64,000 nt of DNA from Histomonas meleagridis 2922-C6/04-290x (taxonomy: Eukaryota; Protista; Parabasalia): the NCBI GenBank assembly GCA_020184695.1, contig JAANOX010000241.1, positions 248,001 through 312,000 of the forward strand, read 5' to 3'. The notes under the pieces are model-generated. The model did not search any database, was not told where the DNA came from, and saw nothing but the letters and a program-made list of their open reading frames with translations. This document shows positions 1 to 10,028 of the stretch, one piece after another. Each line of letters opens with the position of its first letter. The first letter of the stretch is position 1. Made by a program: the position numbers and the translations under genes.

Positions 1-175
1 AAACGTTTTCGAAATGAGTAATTTCTGGTGGTGGAGGATAATTTTTTGAAGCTTCATAATAACTTAGTATTTGTGGGATGGTATAAAGATATTTATTTGG
101 TTCTCCTGAGTCAGATGATACATCACTATCATTTGATTCATCATCATCTCGGAGGACTGAAAATTTGCTGTTCAT
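1..175 (-). CDS. Hypothetical protein, N-terminal part (runs off the window start)
   Basis: ATG at 175 opens a stop-free frame to base 1: MNSKFSVLRDDDESNDSDVSSDSGEPNKYLYTIPQILSYYEASKNYPPPPEITHFENV. Head-to-head with the TAF12-like gene (53-bp gap). Not in the ORF track. Confidence 0.7.
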   Translation of the reverse strand, partial: MNSKFSVLRDDDESNDSDVSSDSGEPNKYLYTIPQILSYYEASKNYPPPPEITHFENV

Positions 176-228
176 TTAATGTCGACGTGACATATTTATT
201 TTCTTTCAATTTATATGCCATTTTTCAA

Positions 229-588
229 ATGCAAAGGCCTGGTCCTCTTTTTTCAGCAGATTTTTACAGAGATATTGCCCATAAGATGGACCCAGAGCAA
301 GAATTTAGTCCAGAGGCAATTTCGTTTTTAAATGAAATTTCAGATAATTTTTATGATACAATATTAACTGAGATTATTCAATACTCGAAAGGTAAAGTTG
401 GTAAAGGTACAAGGGATCAAATAGAAATAACAGAAGAAGACGTTCAATTTATTGTTGAGAAATTTACTGGAATTTCACTTCGAAGTCGATTATCACAAAC
501 AGAGCCAACAATATTTAAACCCACTGCTGAATACCAAGAAAAACTTGCTGCCGTTAGAGCCCATGCTGTGAGTCAAAATGAAGACTAA
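229..588 (+). CDS. TAF12: TFIID subunit 12-like histone-fold protein
   Basis: First ATG at 229. DPEQEFSPEAISFLNEISDNFYDTI...ITEEDVQF resembles the TAF12 histone fold (DPNEQLDEDVEEMLLQIADDFIESV...LEVKDVQL); the C-terminal TAEYQEKLAAVR resembles TEAHKQRMALIR. Confidence 0.65.
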   Translation: MQRPGPLFSADFYRDIAHKMDPEQEFSPEAISFLNEISDNFYDTILTEIIQYSKGKVGKGTRDQIEITEEDVQFIVEKFTGISLRSRLSQTEPTIFKPTAEYQEKLAAVRAHAVSQNED

Positions 589-863
589 TTTTAGAATAAA
601 TGGTTTTATTATATATTATTGCCTCAATAAAAAATTACTTGTTTAATAATGTTAACATTTTAAATATCAAAAGTCTCATATTTTGACAAATAATTAAATT
701 GGACTATCTACAAAATCATATGAAAAAAATTTAGTTAAAATGCAAAATGCCTAAGTGGTTTTTTAATTTTGTAATTTTATGACTTACATATTTGTTAACT
801 TTCAAATTAAAGGTGTTAAGCAAATGATAAAGCTTAAATATATTTTTTGTCATATATAATTGA

Positions 864-2387
864 ATGAAAAATAATATGTCAAATACGTTTAAGAGCAAAG
901 AAATGCAAACAACAGATAACAGGTTCGGCTGGTCAATTCATAGGACACTTGATCCAATTGGCCTGTTGAAAGTTCGAGTTACACTAAGCAGGGATCGTCA
1001 AATCCATAATGAAATTGATAATTCGAATGATAAATCTGATAACGAAGATGAATCAAGTAGTGACTCAAGTAAAAGCAATTCAAGCAAAAGCAACACGAAC
1101 AAAAGTAATTCAAGCAAGAATAACTCTAATAAAAGTGAATCTTCACATGAAAAGCCAAACATTAATGGAGAAACTATCACAAGAGTAATTTCATGGCAGG
1201 AAAAAATTTTTGCACCGAACGAAGATCCAGATCACCAAGGGGAAGTGATTTTTACAAAAATTTCTGAAGATCATTACATTGATCCATCTGAAATCGACAA
1301 GCCATTCAGGAATAACATCGGAGAAAGACCACCAACAGACCTTGCCAATGCTGTTATGGAAGGCACAGGCCCAGAAAGCCTTGTTGAAATTGTTCAAGCC
1401 ACAGTTCAATCGATGCATATTTTTTGTGCTATACAACAAAATGATGGTAGTTATCATATGGAGTTATTATGTATTATACGTGTTTATTCAGGTGGGCGTA
1501 TTGATGTTCGGCCACCATTTTCTAACAAAACTAATCCTGAAACACGATATCATTTTTTTACTCCTTCTAATGAATCAATATATTATTCAGTTGAAGTAAT
1601 TGAGGATAAAATTGAGGATGAGACACCATTTGAGCGCACTTTATTAGCTGATATTAAGAGAAGGAGGGCGATAATTGACGCGGCCCAATCCGAATGTTCA
1701 CTTTCGCAACCGCCGGACCCCCCCGGAACGATACGGATGTTTTACAAATGTGAAATTTCAACGGCCCAAATGTTTGAATCAGATTCCGTAGCTATTGAAT
1801 ATAATATCAAGCTTCCTTCTGGATGGAAATGTGAGGATAGCGCTGCGAATCTTCGAGGTTGTAGTCAATTAGCATTATGTAGACCAGATAATCAAATAGC
1901 ACATATTAACATGCCAATTGATTTTGTAGGCCTATGTCAGTCACAAACAGCTCCAACAATGCAGTTGCTGTTACATAGTTATACAAATTCAAAATCAAGA
2001 ATCGTTGTTGGTTATGGTTCATTACAACTTCCAATGACAAGAGGTTATCATGAAATAACTATAGATGTATGGAGGGTTCAAGGTACAATCTTAGAAGAAT
2101 TGAAACTTTTGTTTTTAGATTCAGGAATTGAAATCCAACCATCGATCGATTCCGAATCCGCAGACTTAATGAACAATTTTACTGATGACAGCGCTGATAC
2201 TTATAACAGATTTGGATTACATACAGTAGGAACTGGAAAAGTTACATTGAAAATTAATTTGGTGCAACAAAGCACTTTGTTCAGAGCGCGGCCTTCTGTC
2301 CAAACAAACACTTTCTCTAGAATTGGATCTTTAATGAGGGATTCACAGATGTCACCAACAAACTCAAGATATCAAAATTCGTTTTAA
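864..2387 (+). CDS. MKS1: MKS1-like ciliary transition-zone protein (B9/C2 domain)
   Basis: N-terminal DPIGLLKVRVTL...ISWQEKIF and B9 domain RMFYKCEISTAQMFESDSVAIEYNIKLPSGW...LRGCSQ match MKS1 patterns. The start may be ATG 876. Confidence 0.8.
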   Translation: MKNNMSNTFKSKEMQTTDNRFGWSIHRTLDPIGLLKVRVTLSRDRQIHNEIDNSNDKSDNEDESSSDSSKSNSSKSNTNKSNSSKNNSNKSESSHEKPNINGETITRVISWQEKIFAPNEDPDHQGEVIFTKISEDHYIDPSEIDKPFRNNIGERPPTDLANAVMEGTGPESLVEIVQATVQSMHIFCAIQQNDGSYHMELLCIIRVYSGGRIDVRPPFSNKTNPETRYHFFTPSNESIYYSVEVIEDKIEDETPFERTLLADIKRRRAIIDAAQSECSLSQPPDPPGTIRMFYKCEISTAQMFESDSVAIEYNIKLPSGWKCEDSAANLRGCSQLALCRPDNQIAHINMPIDFVGLCQSQTAPTMQLLLHSYTNSKSRIVVGYGSLQLPMTRGYHEITIDVWRVQGTILEELKLLFLDSGIEIQPSIDSESADLMNNFTDDSADTYNRFGLHTVGTGKVTLKINLVQQSTLFRARPSVQTNTFSRIGSLMRDSQMSPTNSRYQNSF

Positions 2388-3342
2388 GTTAACAATTATA
2401 ATTTTTTATTAATAAATATTAAATATGTATATTGACATTTATTGATGAATAGTAATTAGAAGTGTTTTCTCACCTTTTCATAAGACATAAAGTCAATTTT
2501 GTTTTTTCTCAAATTTCCTATTTATTTCACTTTAAAATAAAATACAAAGATGTATCTTGTAATTTAGAATGTAATTATTCATTATTCAGGAATAGTATGT
2601 GGTTGTTTATAACTTCTTTTGAAAGTTTTTATTATATATATATATTACTTTTAAGATGTGAATTGTTTTGTTTTAATATAAAATGCTTAATAACTTTTGT
2701 AATGAAGCTATATTGTCCATCTTGATACAAATTGAGCATATATAATATGTTTATAAAATATGAATAAAAAAAAATTTGCTCATTAAATATCATTGTGATC
2801 AGCTTTTGTGTTTCTTCAGTTTTTGTGTCATCGCTTATTTTCTTTTTCAACTTTTAGATTTCTCGTAAAAGCCATATATTTAACAAATTTCTTTTTATTG
2901 AATTTATTAAATATTCATCCTAACCATGATTTCTCACAAATAAAACTCAATTGTATTATTAGTTAAAACATTTTTGCGAGACTTAATTTGATTAGCTTTT
3001 AATAGCTTCCTTTGTAAGTTTTTGAAACTTTTCTTCCATTGTTTACCACTAATTCTTCAAATTTCCGTTTAAACTTAAATAAGGTGTAATAAGCATTACT
3101 TTTTATATCTTAAAATGTTGAAATATCGATGAAATACTTAAACTTAGCTATTGGAAAAACCCACAACAAAAAAACTCTAAAAAGATATAAAGTAAATTTA
3201 ATTCTGATTTGCATCAGAGTCAACTTGTATCATGACATTTAATCTTCTAAAGATTTATCAACTCAAAAACATATAAATATTTTTAATTCCATAACAACAA
3301 CACGCACAAATAAACAAATTAAATATATTTCAATATTTAGCT

Positions 3343-4974
3343 TTATAGTTCCACATTTGGATTTTCATTAACTTTTTCCTTATTTTCGCCTTTCGCTTTG
3401 TCTTCATTTTCATTAACTTTTTTCTCGTTTTCTTCTTCTTTATCATCGAACTGCTCCAATATATCGGATATCTTTTGTATCCAGTCGAACATTCTTTCTT
3501 GTTCATCCTCAGGCTCTTCAGCCACTTTATATAGCAATTCCAACAAATCTCTTGCTGCTTTAGTTCTATCAATTTCTTGTATTTCGATATTTAGTTCATT
3601 TGTTGCATACATTTTTATTAATCTTAATAAGTTATCTCTTGTTTTATCACCTCTTAAAGCTTGATGATTAGTTTTATTTGTTGGGAAAATATGTATATGA
3701 GGTAAAGAATGCATAATTGGAAATCCGGATTTAACTGAATTTTTGTTTCGATTAATATAACCGAATTTTAATGAATTATTATTTAATTCTTGGGCAACAT
3801 TTATAAACATATTTAAGAAATCATTACAAACTGTACATTCATCACTTGTATAGAATATCACAACATCATTTGTTGGATCATTAACAAATTCATCATATGT
3901 ATAACCAACAAGTTTTATAACATTATTATTTTCTTGTTCATGTGGAATTTCTTCCGAATATATATTCCTTTCAAGTGAATTATTTCGTAACAAATCAAGA
4001 GCTTCATTACATTTTACTTCCCATAAACTCGAATTAAATTCATTGCTGTATAACGTGTCAAAAAGTGACGAAATATTATAAGTGTAACGGCGGAGACCGT
4101 TAAAGAATAACATCATTGGAGTGTTCGGAAGTGGAATATTCATTTTACGCTGAAGCTTAAGAAAGAGCTCAAGTGTTAAAAAGCCAACAGTAAAATCTGG
4201 ATTACTTTCACCAACTGAAAATAAAAATTGATCATATTCACGTGTAAGTGAATCATCAACTAAAGCTATAAAAACATTGTCTTGTGTTAAGTCATCCGAT
4301 GTTAACATAACGTATACAGGAAATGTGTTGGAATAGAGGTCTGTGGTAGATTTTGACTGAGGTACAATTGCTAAATCTTCAGTTCGAAAGAAACCTAATG
4401 TAGAGGAATTTAACCCAATTTCTTCTAATAATGAGTCAGTAAGAACATAGATGTTGATTGGTCCTGTAACTTTGGCTGCTCGAAAATGAAGAGATAACGC
4501 ATCTTCATAAAGTGTTTCTGGTGTAAGAATAGAGAAAGGTGAAGAGCCAATGGAAGTGGCTAGTTCACGAAGTGTCTGAATAGGTGTAATATCTGGATAA
4601 AGAAGATAATCAATGAGATAAAGAAGAGTGGAATCATCATTTGGATATGAATAAGCAGTAATATATTCTCCACCAATAAAGAGAAATAGGCAATCTAAAT
4701 CTACTTTATGAGATTTGGAAAAATTTTTGGCATCACGAGGATTTAATACGGCAAACTTAACATCTTTATGACCTGAAAAATAACCAGAAATCCGCTTAAA
4801 ACTGTTTATAGTGTCATGACTTTCTCTTGGATTATATCCAAGTAAAAAAAAATACTTTGTTTTATTTGCAATTTCTTTAGCTTTTTCGATAGAATAAAAT
4901 GGCACATTTTGCTTTGCTGTTTTTGAGATTGGTACATAGATAGAAGCAACAATACTTGTAAAGAAAACAAGCAT
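3343..4974 (-). CDS. Protein disulfide isomerase-like thioredoxin-fold protein
   Basis: Signal-like N-terminus MLVFFTSIVASIYV from ATG 4974; PDI a'-like domain VIKLVGYTYDEFVNDPTNDVVIFYTSDECTVC (CxxC); acidic tail ending NVEL (xDEL-like). Confidence 0.75.
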   Translation of the reverse strand: MLVFFTSIVASIYVPISKTAKQNVPFYSIEKAKEIANKTKYFFLLGYNPRESHDTINSFKRISGYFSGHKDVKFAVLNPRDAKNFSKSHKVDLDCLFLFIGGEYITAYSYPNDDSTLLYLIDYLLYPDITPIQTLRELATSIGSSPFSILTPETLYEDALSLHFRAAKVTGPINIYVLTDSLLEEIGLNSSTLGFFRTEDLAIVPQSKSTTDLYSNTFPVYVMLTSDDLTQDNVFIALVDDSLTREYDQFLFSVGESNPDFTVGFLTLELFLKLQRKMNIPLPNTPMMLFFNGLRRYTYNISSLFDTLYSNEFNSSLWEVKCNEALDLLRNNSLERNIYSEEIPHEQENNNVIKLVGYTYDEFVNDPTNDVVIFYTSDECTVCNDFLNMFINVAQELNNNSLKFGYINRNKNSVKSGFPIMHSLPHIHIFPTNKTNHQALRGDKTRDNLLRLIKMYATNELNIEIQEIDRTKAARDLLELLYKVAEEPEDEQERMFDWIQKISDILEQFDDKEEENEKKVNENEDKAKGENKEKVNENPNVEL

Positions 4975-5185
4975 TTTTTTGAGTACAGAAAAGAGGTTAT
5001 TCTGTTCAAAAAGTGGTGGGAAATATTCTCGTTCTTGACTTAAAAGATTCAAACATTTAGTTAGAGATAAAGTTTTATTTAAGTACAACTTACGTTTCTT
5101 CTTGTTATAATTATTTGAGTAACATATTTTGGGATAACATTATAATTGTATCACATATTTTCAACTTTGAGTGAAATAATCAATA

Positions 5186-5407
5186 TCATTCTATTTTCTC
5201 ATAATCAGAATCAAGAGAATAATCAGACAAGTTATCATCTAACGATGCTAGGAATATTGCAAGATCCTTCATAAATTTTTCGTTATTAAATTTTTTTTTA
5301 TATCTCATCACATACCTCCTGCACGCGTCTGTTGAAAACCTTGAAGTAGAATATTTTATTGATCTAAAATATGCTTCAATTAGTTGCGAATGAGTATAAC
5401 CTGGCAT
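5186..5407 (-). CDS. Small hypothetical protein (73 aa)
   Basis: ATG-initiated ORF with an acidic tail, head-to-head with RRP41. No recognisable domain. Confidence 0.5.
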   Translation of the reverse strand: MPGYTHSQLIEAYFRSIKYSTSRFSTDACRRYVMRYKKKFNNEKFMKDLAIFLASLDDNLSDYSLDSDYEKIE

Positions 5408-5461
5408 TGGGAATTTTTCATATCACAATTCTTGAATTGACATACTTTGTTCGGTTTCCAA

Positions 5462-6157
5462 ATGGATGTTTACAACGAATTTACAGGACTTCGCCAAGAT
5501 GGTCGTCGTCCAAATGAAATGAGGTTTATTGAAGCTAAAAACAATGTAATACCAGGTTGTACTGGATCTTCCCATTTCAAAATGGGACAAACTGAAGTTA
5601 TATCACAAGTATTTGGACCATCAGAAGGTAGGGGTGGTGACCGTGAACTTGCAGAAGTCAATGTAAAATTGGAATTTGCAAACTTTGCGAAATCACCTCA
5701 TGTACAAGATACTACAAAAACTCGTAGAAGCCGTGAAAGTGAGATCATCATAAAGAGGATATTTGAAACAGCAATTCGTCGTGAACAATATCCAAGTTCA
5801 CAGATTGATATTTCCATCACGATCATTCAAGACGATGGAAGCTTCCAATCAGCTGCTATCAATGCTACCACGTTAGCATTAATTGATGGCGGCATCCCCA
5901 TGTATGATTTTGTAGTCAGTCTTAGCGCCGCATATATTGCTGATCAAGCATTCCTTGATACTGGACGAAATGAATCATCAACTAGATTTCCTGTTCTTGA
6001 GGTTGCAGTTTTACCTTCATCAAATCAGATTGTATCGATGAATATGACATCACGAATTTCTCCTGAAGCAGCAAAACAACTGACTGAAATTGCTGTGGAT
6101 GGATGTCTCAAACTACATTTATTGCTAGCAAACATTGCAAGGCAAAGTGCAGTTTGA
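5462..6157 (+). CDS. RRP41: Exosome complex component RRP41 (RNase PH family)
   Basis: GLRQDGRRPNE, GSSHFKMGQTEV, VFGPSE, SQIDISITIIQDDGS, AAINATTLALIDGGIPM are RRP41 hallmarks. First ATG at 5462. Confidence 0.93.
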   Translation: MDVYNEFTGLRQDGRRPNEMRFIEAKNNVIPGCTGSSHFKMGQTEVISQVFGPSEGRGGDRELAEVNVKLEFANFAKSPHVQDTTKTRRSRESEIIIKRIFETAIRREQYPSSQIDISITIIQDDGSFQSAAINATTLALIDGGIPMYDFVVSLSAAYIADQAFLDTGRNESSTRFPVLEVAVLPSSNQIVSMNMTSRISPEAAKQLTEIAVDGCLKLHLLLANIARQSAV

Positions 6158-6611
6158 AATCATATATTATTTTAAAATTTTTGTTAAAATAGAATTTTGA
6201 ATTTAGATGAATCATAAATAAAATTTTATTCTTATTATTTCTATTGAAAAGAAGATCTCATATTATTTCACAGTTTGAGATGAATCAAATCTATTAAAAA
6301 TGAACACAAACACACACAAAATTATATACAATATCTTTTATAAAAACTTTGTTGTAATGATTATCCTAATTGAAATTTATTTTTTAGTTTCATATTTTCA
6401 GTTGAAAAATGTATAATAAATATAAATTTTAATTTGATTTTATTATACAACAGTCATATACAAATTTTTACTATTAGATTTTGTATGATGTTGTTGGATT
6501 CATACCAAAAATTTAGGCTTCATCATCATTCAATTATTCTATAGCTCTTCCAAGTCGGTATTAATGCTAAAGTTTGAAAATTATATTTGGCATTTATTAT
6601 AATTATTTGAT

Positions 6612-7577
6612 ATTCCTATAACATGGCCAATTAGCATTAATCGAATTGATATTGTTAAATTGATACTTGGATTAGAAGGATTTGACATTAATGCTAGAAA
6701 TTTATCTTGTTTTCATATAAAATTTCTTCTTTGAATTATTTTATTATTTTATATTCCTTTTGGATTTCAATAAATTAATTTGGTACAGCACTTATGGCAG
6801 CAATAAACAACCGTAAAATTGAAATTGTTAAATTACTTATTGGGCAAAAAGGAATAGATATAAATGCTAAAGATCTTTAATATTTTTATTTAATGTTTGT
6901 TATAATAATTACAGGTTTAATTATATTATGTGGATTCTCATCATATATCATAATTCTGCATTATCATGTGCAGCCAAAAGTAATATTGAAATGCTTAAAT
7001 TGATTGTTGAAAAAGATAGTACTAATATTAATATTACAAATGCTTGTTTTTTATATAAAATGTATGTTTTAGTGACTTAGTGTTTGAATATTTTTTTTAG
7101 ATTTTATTATAGTTATTTCAGACAGCACTTATGATTGCTGCTCAATATCATTGCATTGATAATGTTAAATTCCTACTTGAACAGAAAGGAATCACTGTAA
7201 ATGCTCAAAATGTTTTTATTATTAAAAATCATCTGTTTTTGTGAATTTCAAATCTAAAAATTTCCTTTGGATTTTTTTTTTAAATTATTTGACACTGCTC
7301 TAATTTTGGCTGCTAAAGCACCACGTGGTATACCAGGTTATCTTGAAATAATTAAATTATTTCTTAATCATGAGAGAATCGATACAAAAATAAGAAATAT
7401 TTATAAAACTGTTTTTATGTTTCTTGTTTAAATTTCAAATTTATAAATTATTTTCGGATTTTATTATTTTTTATTCAAACATTTCTCACAGTTATGGGTT
7501 GGGATACAGCATTAAATGTATTGAACATAATTGCTGAAAAAAGAAGCAATTTGACCTCTGGTAACATTCAACATTGA
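6612..7577 (+). other. Interrupted ankyrin-repeat array (modules separated by ~80-nt spacers), no intact 5' end seen
   Basis: Modules: IPITWPISINRIDIVKLILGLEGFDINARN (6612-6701), TALMAAINNRKIEIVKLLIGQKGIDINAKD (6785-6874), SALSCAAKSNIEMLKLIVEKDSTNINITN (6955-7041), TALMIAAQYHCIDNVKFLLEQKGITVNAQN (7122-7211), TALILAAK...EIIKLFLNHERIDTKIRN (7294-7398), then TFLTVMGWDTALN... from 7479. Confidence 0.8.
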
Positions 7578-7693
7578 TTTATCGATTAATGAAAACTAAA
7601 ACTTTAATTCACTTAATTTTTTTTATATGTTTTATGCATAAATGTTTATCATTGGAAACTTCGACAGATATCTGGAAATCTTTCTTCTTTATG

Positions 7694-7694
<1 letters not shown>

Positions 7695-7724
<30 letters not shown>
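7695..7724. repeat. (CA)n microsatellite
   Basis: Direct run of CA dinucleotides. Confidence 0.97.
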
Positions 7725-7729
<5 letters not shown>

Positions 7730-7804
7730 AAGTAAATCAACTGAATTTTTAACATATTTAGAATCCTAAAACCCTAAACCACGCTCACGTATTTGATATT
7801 TCCA

Positions 7805-8992
7805 TCAATTATCATCATCCTTTACATATAGAACCAAAAACCCACTCAAAACGCCTACTGCGATATATAATATCAATGCTATTACTGAATCCTTCATATC
7901 GCTTAGCAACAACTTATTTAAACTTTTTTCATGCACTTCTTCGTCTTCGTTCAAAGTCTCGGCGACCGTTGACGACAAATCGAACACTTCACTGCTGTTT
8001 GATGTATCCAAATAAGCTGAAAACTTTTGGAATACATCGAATTCGCTATGCCTTATGACAAAGCATATGAGCATGAAGAAAGCAAAGAAATATTGCGCAG
8101 TGGTATCAAGAATTATAACTCGGATATCATATGGATATAAAGTTTTCTTGAATTTGGTGACAAATAAATAAATTATCATAACTAGAAAACAAATACATGA
8201 GGTAACCATGGGAACAATAACAGGGAAAATAGTAACAAATCGATCAACTAACATACCAAAGAAAAATGAAAATAAAACTTGAAGAACATTCGATTTGCCA
8301 TACGTTATTTCAAAAAATGCAAAGCATCCAATGAATAATACCCCGAGAATTTTCATGGAGTATTGACTTAAAAAGCGCTTGATATTGCTAATGCATTTTT
8401 TTGCTTCATTGGTATCATCAATAAAAAAATAATTTGTTTTACGTCCATATTGGAAGAGAAATGTAGCTATAATAGTTTGGACAACAATATCAATAGAAGG
8501 AAGTTGAAAATCAAGACCAAAATAATACATATCGTGAGACGAATGATCCATATAAATGCATGGTCCGGGTTGATTAGTAATCCAACCAAGAACTAACGCT
8601 GCTAGAATTGAAAAAGAACACGAAAACATAAATTTGATGATTGAAAGTCTATTTTGATTATAAAGCTTTTGCATTTTCTTCTGTTTTCCAGGTGCCTGAA
8701 AGAAAAATATAATAGGAATTGCAATGATCAAGAAAACAGCTGCAATTCCTATGAAATAAAAAGAAAACCAATCTAAAAACGAACAAATTAAACCATCAAG
8801 AAAAGCTTTTGGATACCACATCAAACATTTAGTAAAGAAGTTATCACTGTATGCTGATACAATTAATATTGTTCCTGTTGTTCGACCGGTTGTAATTGTT
8901 TCAGGTGTCGACATTGTATATTGTATATTGAATACTTTATATAAGGGTAAAATTACCCATATAAAAAGTGCAAACATTAACAGTTCGCTCAA
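7805..8992 (-). CDS. Multi-pass membrane protein, possibly a degenerate PAP2/phosphatase-like fold
   Basis: Long ORF with about 8-10 hydrophobic segments; QPGPC...QLPS...ITYGKSNVLQVLFSFFFG loosely echoes PAP2 motifs. Start uncertain (8992, 8977 or 8914). Confidence 0.65.
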   Translation of the reverse strand: MSELLMFALFIWVILPLYKVFNIQYTMSTPETITTGRTTGTILIVSAYSDNFFTKCLMWYPKAFLDGLICSFLDWFSFYFIGIAAVFLIIAIPIIFFFQAPGKQKKMQKLYNQNRLSIIKFMFSCSFSILAALVLGWITNQPGPCIYMDHSSHDMYYFGLDFQLPSIDIVVQTIIATFLFQYGRKTNYFFIDDTNEAKKCISNIKRFLSQYSMKILGVLFIGCFAFFEITYGKSNVLQVLFSFFFGMLVDRFVTIFPVIVPMVTSCICFLVMIIYLFVTKFKKTLYPYDIRVIILDTTAQYFFAFFMLICFVIRHSEFDVFQKFSAYLDTSNSSEVFDLSSTVAETLNEDEEVHEKSLNKLLLSDMKDSVIALILYIAVGVLSGFLVLYVKDDDN

Positions 8993-9346
8993 TTATCGGG
9001 ATAATTACATGTGCTTTTTATACAATTTCAATAATTTGAAGTTTATAATATTTATGATTCCTCTAGAACAAGCTTAAATATGTTTAGTTATATATTTTCA
9101 TTTATAATGAAGGAAGATCATTTCATTTCCCTCATTACATTTTTTAATCTTTCTATGAGTGATATCAATTACTAATAATTTATTTTTCACAAGCATTATC
9201 TAGTCTCACATGTTTTTATATGAAAACGTTATTTTGAAATTGATTTTTCAAATATGTCACCTGACAAAATAATAAAATGCAAACTAGCTAAATTAGTCAG
9301 TTTCATTTTGTCATTATTTTTATGAATAAATAAAACAAAATATATA

Positions 9347-9832
9347 TCATCGCTGATCAAAAAAATCACCAAATGGATGAAAATCAGAAATGTGAGGTTC
9401 ACTAATACTTTGCGTCACATTTGAATTAGCCATTGGGTGGTTTTGTTGACCTAAACTTGCATTTAACAAATTTAATATTGCTTGGAAATTTTCTTGAAGT
9501 CCATCAAATGAACTTACTTGATTTCTATTTTGAAGGGCAATTTCTTGTGCATGTCTTTTTTCTCTTGCCTTTTCATATCTATAATCAGGATTTTTTAACT
9601 TGAATTCTGCTTGTAATATTTTAGCTTTTTCTTTGTAAGGTCTTCTATCCACCTCATTGAGAGACTTCCATTCATTCCCTAACATTCTGGATATTTCGAT
9701 GTTCGGAAGATCTGGGTGTAATGTACGAAACTCAGTTCTTTTTTCTAAACAATACAAAATATATCCATTAGGCGGACGTTTTGTTTTAGTTTTTGGTTGT
9801 ACCATTCCTAGGGAGAAGATGTTTTCTTCCAT
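9347..9832 (-). CDS. HMG-box transcription factor (SOX/TCF/MATA-like)
   Basis: KRPPNGYILYCLEKRTEFRTLHPDLPNIEISRMLGNEWKSL...PYKEKA...KNPDYRY is a classic HMG box. Confidence 0.92.
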   Translation of the reverse strand: MEENIFSLGMVQPKTKTKRPPNGYILYCLEKRTEFRTLHPDLPNIEISRMLGNEWKSLNEVDRRPYKEKAKILQAEFKLKNPDYRYEKAREKRHAQEIALQNRNQVSSFDGLQENFQAILNLLNASLGQQNHPMANSNVTQSISEPHISDFHPFGDFFDQR

Positions 9833-10028
9833 TTGGGCAGATAATTTTTGGAGAAATTGGTTTGGCAGAAGTTATTTCTATTGAAATTCTTGGCTGCATT
9901 GAATGTTCTTTACTTTCGGTTATATTTTGAATTGCGCGAAGAAAAATTTCAATGCGAATACAATACGGTCAATGACTTTTATCAAATAAATTTTATTCAT
10001 TGATATAACAATATGATCATTTAACATT

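Noticed and set aside
28-228. N-terminal extension of the first ORF from GTG 28
   Set aside because: It overlaps the antisense of a better-supported minus-strand CDS; homology starts after ATG 229.
2462-3330. Short ORFs and a coding-looking minus-strand stretch
   Set aside because: Non-ATG starts, in-frame stops, AT-driven composition and no recognisable domain.
7062-7121. GTATGT...CAG inside a spacer as a canonical trichomonad intron
   Set aside because: No ACTAAC branch motif, removal of this 60 nt leaves 20 nt and does not restore the frame, and it is absent from the other spacers.
7765-7780. Telomere-like CCTAAAACCCTAAACC
   Set aside because: Under two imperfect units; compatible with chance.
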